A stretch of 21,998 nucleotides of DNA from Paramicrosporidium saccamoebae KSL3. Lineage: Eukaryota > Fungi > Cryptomycota. Numbering within the stretch: the stretch's first letter is position 1; each line of letters opens with the position of its first letter. Shown here in pieces: positions 1-8,722 of this stretch. The DNA lies in contig MTSL01000211.1 in the NCBI GenBank assembly GCA_002794465.1, positions 1 through 21,998 on the forward strand, written 5' to 3'. Below the pieces are notes generated by a model. The model was not told where the DNA came from and did no database searches. It saw only the letters and a program-made list of their open reading frames with translations. A program made the translations under genes and the position numbers.

Positions 1-1587
1 AAAAAGGATCATCTCTTAAAGCGACAGCTAAATAGTATACGGGGAGATGAGCAACACAATGCCCTCGATTTTTCCAAATTGCAAGTGGACGCTCTCGTTA
101 AACGACGTCGACTTGCAGAACAATTGGAAAAGGTGCAGGATAGCTCGTCGATGGACTTTGAGGGCGATTACATTGGTAAATTGGAGGGGAAAAGGATTGC
201 CTCGGATGGCGGCAAGAGATATGTATTATTGAAAAATTCACTGTCCGAGGGCGGAGGATGGACAATCGATGGCACTGCTAAAGACGACGAGGTCCAGGTT
301 GCTACGAAAAAGGAGACACCTGCTGAAAATGACAATTTCGAAGCATTTTTCGGCACTCTTGATGAAAAGTACGATGTTATAGATCTGGTTGAACCGGGTA
401 TGAACGATCCCGTAGTGTCATCGTTTGTTCAACAGAATAGGAGTAAGGATGAAGAGCAGCCTACAAACTTGTCGTTCGACCCTATCGAGTACATTGCCAA
501 ACCTCTTAAAGAAGAAATGATTTTCAGTCCTTTACAAGTGATCACTATTGAAGATGAGGACAGTTCCGATACTGTAAAACCGACCCCTGAACGGTTGTTA
601 GTGGACAGCTCTGATATTGTAGAGTCGGCCCCTGAACAATTATCAGAGGATAGCTCTGATATTGTGGAATTGGACTCTAAACAGTCATCAGATGATGCGC
701 TTCCCAAAATTGGTGAAAAAGCAACAGACCAAATACTACAAGAGTTTGAAGAGCCTGTGGATCTAGCGTTGGAAGATGACGTAATTGTGGAAGAGTTGAT
801 ACCCCCAACGTATGCTAACAGGGATAATTCCGAGCTGATTGAGCAGCTCCAATCCGAAATCTCTGCATTGAAGGACTCTGCCCAGCCTGCATCTTCCAGT
901 AGCCCGGATAGTGAGCTTCTTGCAGAATTCCGCACCATGCTCACCATTATGGGAATACCGTGGATCAACGCACCGGGAGAAGCTGAGGCTCAATGCGCAC
1001 ATCTCCAAGTCATTGGTCACGTAGACGGCGTCATTACTGACGACAACGACGTACTCCTTTTTGGTGCTACCAAAGTCTATCGACACTTTTTTAACAATTC
1101 GAAGCGAATTATGCGGTTTGGCGTGAAGGAAATAGAGCGCGATCTGGCTCTTGGCAGGTCGGAACTGGCGATTCTTGCAGTAATGTTGGGTGGCGATTAT
1201 GGAACTGGTGTGCGTGGAATGGGGCCGGTCAAGAGTATGCAACTCTTGAAAATATTACGGCCAGTTGTGGAAACGGGCGAAATGTTGGCCATAATTGCTG
1301 CTGGATTGGTTGACAGCGTCTGGCCCACAGTCGATGCCGGATCTTCCGCATTCCTGAAAAAGTTATCCATCCAATGTGCCGTGTCGGACCGACGCTTATT
1401 CGATCCGGCCATTGTCGATGCTTATTTCAATCCGCTTGTTGATGAAACGTCTTCAAGATTCCAATGGTCGCTCTTGCCGGATATTACACGTTTGACCGAA
1501 TTTCTTCAGACAAAACTCCGATGGGATCCATCCGAAGTAAAGCGTACGATAGATCCGATAATCATGCGACGAACCCGCAAGAAATAA
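1..1587 (+). CDS. RAD2: XPG/Rad2 structure-specific endonuclease (nucleotide excision repair), 5'-partial
   Basis: Frame 1 is open from base 1 (KKDHLLKRQLNSIRGDEQHNALDFSKLQVDALVKRR...), so the track's TTG start at 79 is not the real start. It has the XPG N-region tail (FSKLQVDALVKR, RIASDGGKRYVL), an acidic spacer, the I-domain MGIPWINAPGEAEAQCA...ITDDNDVLLFG, an H3TH motif LGGDYGTGVRGMGPV and a terminal FQWSLLPD...LRW motif. Confidence 0.93.
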   Translation, partial: KKDHLLKRQLNSIRGDEQHNALDFSKLQVDALVKRRRLAEQLEKVQDSSSMDFEGDYIGKLEGKRIASDGGKRYVLLKNSLSEGGGWTIDGTAKDDEVQVATKKETPAENDNFEAFFGTLDEKYDVIDLVEPGMNDPVVSSFVQQNRSKDEEQPTNLSFDPIEYIAKPLKEEMIFSPLQVITIEDEDSSDTVKPTPERLLVDSSDIVESAPEQLSEDSSDIVELDSKQSSDDALPKIGEKATDQILQEFEEPVDLALEDDVIVEELIPPTYANRDNSELIEQLQSEISALKDSAQPASSSSPDSELLAEFRTMLTIMGIPWINAPGEAEAQCAHLQVIGHVDGVITDDNDVLLFGATKVYRHFFNNSKRIMRFGVKEIERDLALGRSELAILAVMLGGDYGTGVRGMGPVKSMQLLKILRPVVETGEMLAIIAAGLVDSVWPTVDAGSSAFLKKLSIQCAVSDRRLFDPAIVDAYFNPLVDETSSRFQWSLLPDITRLTEFLQTKLRWDPSEVKRTIDPIIMRRTRKK

Positions 1588-1635
1588 TCTCACCCGTTAC
1601 AAGCCCACAGACATTGCCATTACTGGACAGCTTTA

Positions 1636-1977
1636 TTAATGCAGCTTTGGATATTTGTTTGTCTCTGCCAGCGGATATTTCAGCAGCTTGGCGTCTGTCG
1701 CTAGTGGCCATGTAAACTTTTCTCCCAGTCGTACAATTGCATTCTTCCGTCCTGGCACGTAATGGCGCCCTTGACGGGTCACTTTGGGCAAGAAATTTAC
1801 CGTCCGGATATCCCGCACCTGCATCCCATACAGTCGCTCCAGATACTGTTTAATGTCCAGCTTGTTGAGAATACGCGGTACACGAAATACTACCTCATTC
1901 GGGGAGCGTTGTTTGCCGGAGCGCACAAGGGTGAAGACGAAATTGGGAAAGTACAGTTTTGGGCCCTGCGGGATCAT
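1636..1977 (-). CDS. MRPL23: Mitochondrial ribosomal protein uL23m (113 aa)
   Basis: KLYFPNFVFTLVR...VVFRVPRILNKLDIKQYLERLYGMQVRDIRTVNF...KNAIVRL matches the mitochondrial L23 pattern. The first ATG is at 1977; the track start at 1992 is a TTG. Confidence 0.85.
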   Translation of the reverse strand: MIPQGPKLYFPNFVFTLVRSGKQRSPNEVVFRVPRILNKLDIKQYLERLYGMQVRDIRTVNFLPKVTRQGRHYVPGRKNAIVRLGEKFTWPLATDAKLLKYPLAETNKYPKLH

Positions 1978-2600
1978 CTTATGATTTATCAAATAGTTTT
2001 AAAGTTATGAGGTCGAGGGTTAGACCATAATTAGATAAGCATCAAGTTTATGTTTACAGTAAAAGCAATCACCAAGAGTCAGTTTCAATTGTCACATAGA
2101 CAGTTTGGATCTTGTAAAACTGGAGGCTAAATGTTCTCCATTATTACTGTGCTTTCCCAAGCAGAATATCAAGTGTGATGGCTGTTGTAAATTGCGACAA
2201 CTGCTACTTTTGATAAACTACGCACGATAGTAAGTAAAGTGGCATTATTTAGCAGGATCGCCAATCTGCAATATGAAGCTTCAATACCTTCAGACTAGGC
2301 CATTAAATAAACACTAATATCCCCAGATAGCGTCCTCGCAGCAATTTAATCTGGTAATCAGCATACTAACTTGATTTGGCCAATAGTTGCATTGTTTCAT
2401 AAAAAGGCATCCAGCATATTCACCAAGGAGCTGTGTTTATTGGACAGCAACATACGTGGGCTACTCTGAGAAAAATGATTATATTTGTAAGAGTATAGAT
2501 GGTTTAGAGGTCCCAATAAAGAGTTTATACTTGTAGCCTCACAATCTTTCAATTTACTTATTTTTAGACCCTGCGGATACTCGTAATTTATTCAATGACT

Positions 2601-5569
2601 TTAAAGCGATGCATTGGATTGGTGAAGGAGATTGGACAGTGCATTCTGCGTAGGCTGATCTAAAGAGGAGAGGAGAGAGGATAGTTTTCCAGGTTGTTGG
2701 GACCGCGAGAGAGCAACAAGAGAATTGATAAATACTGGGGCAGGCTCGGGGAGATTGTCCAGCATCGGACATCGACGCGACGAGGCTGCGACTTTGAGCT
2801 TCCAAAATGTGCCAGACGGCTCCTCCTCAGCTTCCGCCTCCGTGTTGACTTCTCCGAGGCCGCCAGCCGGAAGCGTCGTCAGCATTGTTACAACGGTGCT
2901 GATGATGGCCGTGAAGAGGGACGAACAATCTTGATCACCAGACATTAGCTCGGGTGTTTCAGTGGCAATTTTGGCAAGCCCGACTATAACCAATTTCCGA
3001 TCGTGTCTATCGCGAATCTTGGGGCCATTGGTAAGCAAAACCCCAGTCATCAGACCTGCCAGCAGCTTTGGCTGAAGAGAGTCAAAAAGTCTTACTAGAT
3101 ACGAGCTCGCTTGGTTGACGCTGGCCGCACAAACAAAGATGCATATGAACAGGAGGAAATTCAGTGCTAATCGGGGTGTCTTGCTGCTCTGGAGGCGATT
3201 CAGGATGACCATCAATATGCCGCTAATGTAGCTTTCCATATTGCTTATTGGAACGCTCTGAATCACTGTTCCGATAATAGAAAAGGCATGCACATCGTGC
3301 ACTTTGCTGGATATCAGTGACTGAAAAATGCCCAGCACCTGTGGCATCAAATTGTTTTGGACAATATAGTTGGGATCTCTAAGGATGACTGCCTGCAAAA
3401 ACCGCGTCAAAGCGGGGATATTCTCCGACGACGACCAGAGGGCAGGAAGGAGAACTGGAGGTACGAGTGCTTGCACGGTAGCGGGGAGACCAGAGTCAGC
3501 CCGCGACTCGACATACACTGCCAAGAGCTGAAAGACGTAATGAATGAATTCAGTGACATCGTTCTGCAAAATGTTTTGCAGTACGGGCAGCAGTTGGGCG
3601 TCAATCTTGGTAGCGCCCGTGGGGTCGCCACTACAATATTTAATGATCGCCGCAGCACATTCGAACAGATTGTGGTTGAATATGGGGTTGCTTGGGTTCA
3701 CTGAGACCAAGCCAATGAGCGATGCAACACTGCTGAGAGGCTCATCCATTATGGGCAATAGGACTTCCTTTTGGGCAGTAACCAGTGTCCGGAGCACAGC
3801 CTTGACAAGAAACTCGTTTTCCGACACTTTCTCGGCCTGTTTTTTGCTCCGAAGAATCCGTAGAATCCCAGTAATGATGGCATCGGCAACGCTGGCCACA
3901 TCCGCAGACGTAAACACTGGCCCACCTTGCTTCCGAAGTGACAAAATGCGATCAATGGCAATGGCAGCGTACGTGTGAACAACAAAATGATGCGACGCAA
4001 GATGATGCTGGATCAAGGGAAAGGAGGCGACTAGCTGCTCCTTATCCAACTGGCTTCTAAAGTCAGACAAAAACTTGATGGCGTCAATTTTCAACAGTGG
4101 GTGGAGTGCTGCGTTGGATGCTTGGAGATCAGGTAGAATGTGTCGTGTAAAAAAGTCTTGGATGTTTACCAATGGGTTCACACGGGTAACCCCAAGAGAC
4201 GAAACAGCTCCACGGATGGAAATTGCAGTGAAAAGATGGACTGCAGCATTCTTATCTCTCCATTTCTGCGCAGGCGAGATGGAGTAAATCTTTAAAAACT
4301 CTTCAACATAGCTTTGCAGGATGGCTGTAATTTCATTCTCGTAAAACTCCATCAGGCCGCGAGCCAAATTTATAGCGCCGCCTCGGCGACCTTCGTCCTC
4401 GGTGCCTCCGTCTATTGATCTTCGAATAAATTCCAAGGGTTCGTCCTCGAACAATTCCAAATCTGACTCGCGCAAAAGGATATTGGGCACAATGACCTTG
4501 TCGCAGAGCAACTGTAATACCCCAGAAAATAGGCTCTTGTGACGCTCCTGCTTGGCCACAGTGGACAACAGTCGCATACACGCACCGGCAGTGGCATCAT
4601 GCTTTGGTTGTCTAGAGACGGTAGTGAGGACACTCCATGCCGCTTCTACAAACTGTCCCAGCTGGGTAAAATCTTCCTCGTATCGCATGGCATACAAGAT
4701 GGCGATTTTGGCAACAGAAGCCGGCAATTTCTCTGCAGGCCCGGCCTCCTCCTCAGAGGTCGTTTCAACAATGGCATTTTTATAGGAAAGCTGGCGCTTT
4801 AAACTCTCCATAAATTCGCCAAGATTATCTTCAAAGAATGCAGGCAAGTCCTGGGCATTTAAACTGTAATAAATTTTGTTCAACAGTATCTGCGCCCTCA
4901 AAAGCTTTTGCAACGTCTCCTTATTGCTGGCATTCGATTCAACGAGCGCATCTAGGGCCTTGTACATTTCCAGTAATGGAGAGGCCAGCTGTCCGAGGAC
5001 AAAATTAATCTCCGTGTACAATTCGTCGCTTCGAAATTCGGTCCTGTACCTCTTGAACATTCGATGTAGCGTCTTCAAAATGGCAATATTATTGTCAAAA
5101 TCGGCGGGATTTAGTCGCTCCACCAGTCGCTGTATCAAGTCTGGCCACTCTTCAGGAAAGTCCACCGCCGCAATAAGTGTCACTGCCTCACAAAGCTGAT
5201 TCTGTATCACGGGTGGCACCTTGGTCAAAATACCGACAATTTGCTGCTTCACAGCCCTTCGGTCCTCATCCGTAAAACTGGGCAGTGGCGTCTCCAACGA
5301 CCAATGCCGCTTGACAAAGTTTTTAAAGAGCAGCGCGGCGGCCATACGTACGTGTACCTCTATGACGGCAAAACTTCCATCGGCTACTGAGAGGAGCAAG
5401 AGAGGAAAGTGTGGGGATGAGAGCTCCAGTTGCTTCAGCGTGTCCTCCGCTTGACGCTGCGCCAATGGATTAAGGGTCTGTGTCAGCAGAGTGACAACAT
5501 TCTGCAGCAATGACGAGTCTACAATCAATTGAGGCTAAAAGTAGGCGTACCAAAGGCAGACGAGGCCAT
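2601..5569 (-). CDS. CSE1: Exportin-2/CAS (importin-alpha re-exporter), 2 exons
   Basis: Importin-beta N-terminal domain (AAALLFKNFVKRHW), AVDFPEEWPDL, EINFVL, YYSLNAQDLPAFFEDN, DLELFEDEPLEFIRR, LKIDAIKF and FIHYVFQLLA motifs. Exon 1 is 5569-5551 (MASSAF-G), followed by a 32-nt intron 5550-5519 (gtacgc...ttgattgtag) that restores an ATG start in frame; exon 2 is 5518-2601. Confidence 0.95.
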
Positions 5570-5606
5570 CGTTAAATTAAATGTAATTACCCGTTTCTTA
5601 AGCATC
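5570..5606. promoter_or_regulatory. Putative 37-bp bidirectional promoter between CSE1 and CDD1 start codons
   Basis: AT-rich cgttaaattaaatgtaattacccgtttcttaagcatc lies between the CSE1 ATG (5569, -) and the CDD1 ATG (5607, +). Function is inferred from position only. Confidence 0.55.
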
Positions 5607-6081
5607 ATGCAGCTGGCCGAAATTGCAGCAAAACACAATATTAGCGAGAGTACGCTTCATGAGGTTGTAACAGCATCTAAACAGGCATCCAAATCGGCAT
5701 ACGCTCCATATAGCAAATACCACGTCGGTGCGGGATTGGCGACTCCGAACGGCAAAATTTACGAGGGCTGCAATGTGGAGAATGCCTCGTATGGACTCGC
5801 AATCTGTGCCGAACGTACTGCAATCACCAAGGCCGTCTCCTGTGGTGACCGCACCTTCAACCTCATGGCCATTTACGCGTAATTGGCCTTGCCGATGATA
5901 ATCCTGTAGACCAAATGGAAGCGGAGAAGCTGCACCCTGTGGCGCATGCCGACAATTTCTCGTAGAATTTAATCCGGAAATGGTTGTGGTAGGTGTCCCA
6001 GCGCAGGGCAATGACTACGGATGCTGGAAGGCTGCCGAGTTACTACCCAAATATTTTGGCCCATCTAATCTGAACAAATAA
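5607..6081 (+). CDS. CDD1: Cytidine deaminase, tetrameric type (147 aa), 2 exons
   Basis: AYAPYSKYHVGA, GCNVENASYGLAICAERTA and Zn motif PCGACRQFLVEF. Exons are 5607-5878 and 5910-6081; a 31-nt intron 5879-5909 (gtaatt...cctgtag) joins the two track fragments in frame (444 nt total). Confidence 0.94.
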
Positions 6082-6093
6082 ATTCATGATCCA

Positions 6094-6159
6094 TAGCTCG
6101 TAGCTCGTAGCTCACAACTCACAACTCACAACTCACAGCTCACAGCTCACAACAACTCG
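6094..6159. repeat. Drifting 7-bp tandem repeat (about 9 units)
   Basis: tagctcg tagctcg tagctca caactca caactca caactca cagctca cagctca caa caactcg, located between the convergent stops of CDD1 and the TBC gene. Confidence 0.9.
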
Positions 6160-6164
6160 TAAAT

Positions 6165-7140
6165 CTATTTAAGTAGTTTTCCCATCAAAATGGAAACTAT
6201 TAGTAAGATAAGCGAAGCTCCGATGATCGCGATCAGTGAGTATTGGTGCAGCTTTGGTCCATAAACCGTCCTAGGTATTAGAAAAAGATTTAAGGATACT
6301 TGGCAATAGACTCTGATGCCTTGAATTTCAAAGATCCCACCGGATGTTTCCTCATTAACCTGGCTGTATGTAAGATTAGTGGTGAAGATCGTATTCTCTT
6401 CGGCAATTCTTTCAGTATCTGATGCATCTCTGCTTCTTCCACTGCCTGATCCAGCAACTCTCTCCTCGCAAGCATCGGCACTACGGCCGCTGCGTAAACA
6501 ATCGCCACTGGTTCATTTGCTATAAAGAAATCAAATAGTCTTCGGAGACCAGTGAGATCGGAAATGTCATGAGAGAACCAGGTGAGAAGCCAGCTTATAC
6601 AGAAAAATGGTGGGATGGAGAGACGGGAGAGGAGGCGGTGGAGGGGTGGGTCGGCGAGCTCTACAATGGCGAGCATCATTGAGACCAGGTCGTGAAGAAT
6701 GTCAAAGTCACTCTTCATCAAGTCTCTTAAGATGAATATGACCCAATACCATTATACCGAAAGTGAGTGCGAGACAACTTGGAGGCCACTCGAAATGAAT
6801 CGCTCTCATCCCTCAAAGTCAAAAGTAACACGCTGCAAATATCGTGGAACCCCTACAGTCAGTATCCTGCAGTCCGTACTTGGAAATAATGTAAATCTGG
6901 ATGCGCTGCAAAAAAGTGTGTAAGGAATTTTTCCATTTGCTTCTGTCTTGCCGCTAACTCCTCAGGTAGCGCGCTGTCAAACTGCGAAAAGGACCGAACC
7001 GAGTCTTGATGAATCTGATTGCGCAATTTTTCATCCAAATCACAATGCTCGACCTTGAAGTCGTCTAAACGAGTGTTTGCGAGCCATGCTGCCCGCCGTT
7101 CCTTTGCAGAATGATATTTTGGTATAATAGAGGCTGTCAT
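6165..7140 (-). CDS. GYP8: TBC-domain Rab GAP, TBC1D20/Gyp8 family, with C-terminal membrane anchor (295 aa), 4 exons
   Basis: Exons 7140-6880, 6852-6758, 6725-6300 and 6270-6165 (888 nt); introns of 27, 32 and 29 nt, all GTA...AG. Splicing yields QIHQDSVRSF (Arg finger), LHYFQGFHDIC (Gln finger), HFRDLM, FFCISWLLTWFSHD, RRLFDFF and a hydrophobic tail SLIAIIGASLILLIVSILMG. The start codon is less certain. Confidence 0.88.
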
Positions 7141-7433
7141 GGTAAAAGTATATCCGCGGACCAGGGGAACTTGGGGTGTAGAATGTGGGTCTTTATTTGA
7201 TACATAGTGAAACAGTTAGTATTTAAGAAATGATCGCTATTTGAAGCACAACCAGATGGAAAAATTCGTCCCATAAGTTCGTCCTGTAAAAGGTACTATA
7301 CTCTACCAAAACAGTTCTCAGTCTCTGTACGTAGGTGGAAAAGCCCTTGCGTCGGTATGCCACATTATCTGTGCTACGGATCAAAACAGTACCAATAATC
7401 GAGTTTTATTTTCATTCTTTGAATGCTAGAATG

Positions 7434-8680
7434 TCAGATCCTTTCGATATGAGTGATGCGAGTGGGGTTGACATGAACATAAAGTCTGACTCGTGTAAAC
7501 ATGAGTAGAGTGCGGGTCGCGTCAATTTGAGACTGATCAAGATCAATGTACGTCTCGGGAGGGAGCCCGAGGAAATCAGTGGCAAGGGGATCATTCAGAT
7601 ACAAGCCGCGAATAGTCCCAGTTTCGTCGGTCAATGCAAGGGGAAACCCAAAGCGAAGCTTCCATTTCGGTAATTCAGGGTTAAAAGTCTTACATACAGC
7701 GCAGGACCTGCTCCAACCTTCTTCAATGGCCTGTCTCTTGTGACACACGGGGCTAAATGTCAACAAAACGAACACGAGCCATACCAAACTGCGCTAATCA
7801 CTTTTGCAAGACCGACCCCAAGATGTGTTATATGTCCAATAACCTCCACAGTATCTTCACATCCATCGGGAACAGTTTCCATTTGAACAGTCGCGGATCG
7901 TATGTCTGTTGGTAACTCGCTGGAGACTTGCACTACTCCAGGTCCGTTGGACTCGATTTCTAGCAAAGTGTGTCGCTTCATAAATACATTGTACAAGTCT
8001 CCAAATCTCGATACTGCTCCCCCAGATAGGATCAGCACAGTATTTGTGCGAATCAAATCCAAATCTACTCTACCCCCATCCAACTTGAGCGTTGCATTTG
8101 ACCCTACAGAGTCTTGGCACAATAGCTGTAGGGTATCGTCGCGATCAGACTTTGTCATCCGACTTACTGTCAACTTTAGTCTCGGAAACGGAGACCTGAT
8201 GGAATCAAGTGGCTCAAAGGAGGGTCCCGCAATTTCCCACGGAAAGGTTACGATTCTGGCAATTTCGTCTAGCTCCCAAGTTCTGATGATCAAGTTCGAC
8301 CCAACAAGCACCTTTTGGAGACTGCATATCGTCTGGTTCACTTGAGGAGCAGTCTCCAACGGACGTATGTCAACCACCTCGATTGACACCAAGTCACCAA
8401 TCCTTGCCCCACATGTGGCTGGGACCACGCAAGCGACTGAATCGTGTTCATCCTTTAAATAGAGTGCCAATTTTGAACGAGTAGCTTCTGATAACCCGAT
8501 GATTCGTCCCAGTACCGTTCCAGAGCCACACTCAATCGCCCTTCTAAACGACAGATACTTGGCGAGACGTTGTCTCTTTGGTGATGACTCTGGAAACTCG
8601 TCAAGCTGCCATGCAGTCTCGGGCACTACTGCGCCAAAGTCTTCAAGATTCTTCCCAAAATCAGTGCTTAGCCAGCTCAT
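7434..8680 (-). CDS. MEIOB: Three-OB-fold ssDNA-binding protein with C-terminal Zn ribbon, RPA1 paralogue resembling MEIOB (404 aa), 2 exons
   Basis: Exons 8680-7785 and 7752-7434; a 32-nt intron 7784-7753 (gtatgg...ttgacatttag) creates AVCPVC...CAVC (two CxxC). The following LALTDETGTIRGLYLNDPLATDFLG...QIDATRTLLMFTRVRLY resembles the MEIOB C-terminal IDLTDHTGTL...AEETLG...QKTALKWQFLLERSKIY as I recall it. The N-terminal VLGRIIG...RIGDLVSIE resembles MEIOB OB1. OB/RPA1-like family assignment is firmer than the specific orthology. Confidence 0.62.
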
Positions 8681-8722
8681 CTGCAGCGAGCCTAATGCCA
8701 AAAGCTCTTAAATCGGCATTGC
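8681..8722. promoter_or_regulatory. Putative 42-bp bidirectional promoter between the MEIOB-like gene and LEO1
   Basis: Gap between ATG 8680 (-) and ATG 8723 (+); it would be 75 bp if LEO1 starts at the Met at 8756. Confidence 0.45.

Noticed and set aside
2322-2332. 11-nt match cccagatagcg between the 2-kb gap and Y' (opposite strand)
   Set aside because: A single 11-mer among about 2-3 kb of intergenic DNA on two strands is expected by chance, and there is no flanking similarity.
7366-7415. Possible selenoprotein (SelW/Rdx-like MKIKLDY-TGA) after a 24-nt splice
   Set aside because: The TGA is immediately followed by TAA, there is no CxxU context and no SECIS-like structure was seen.
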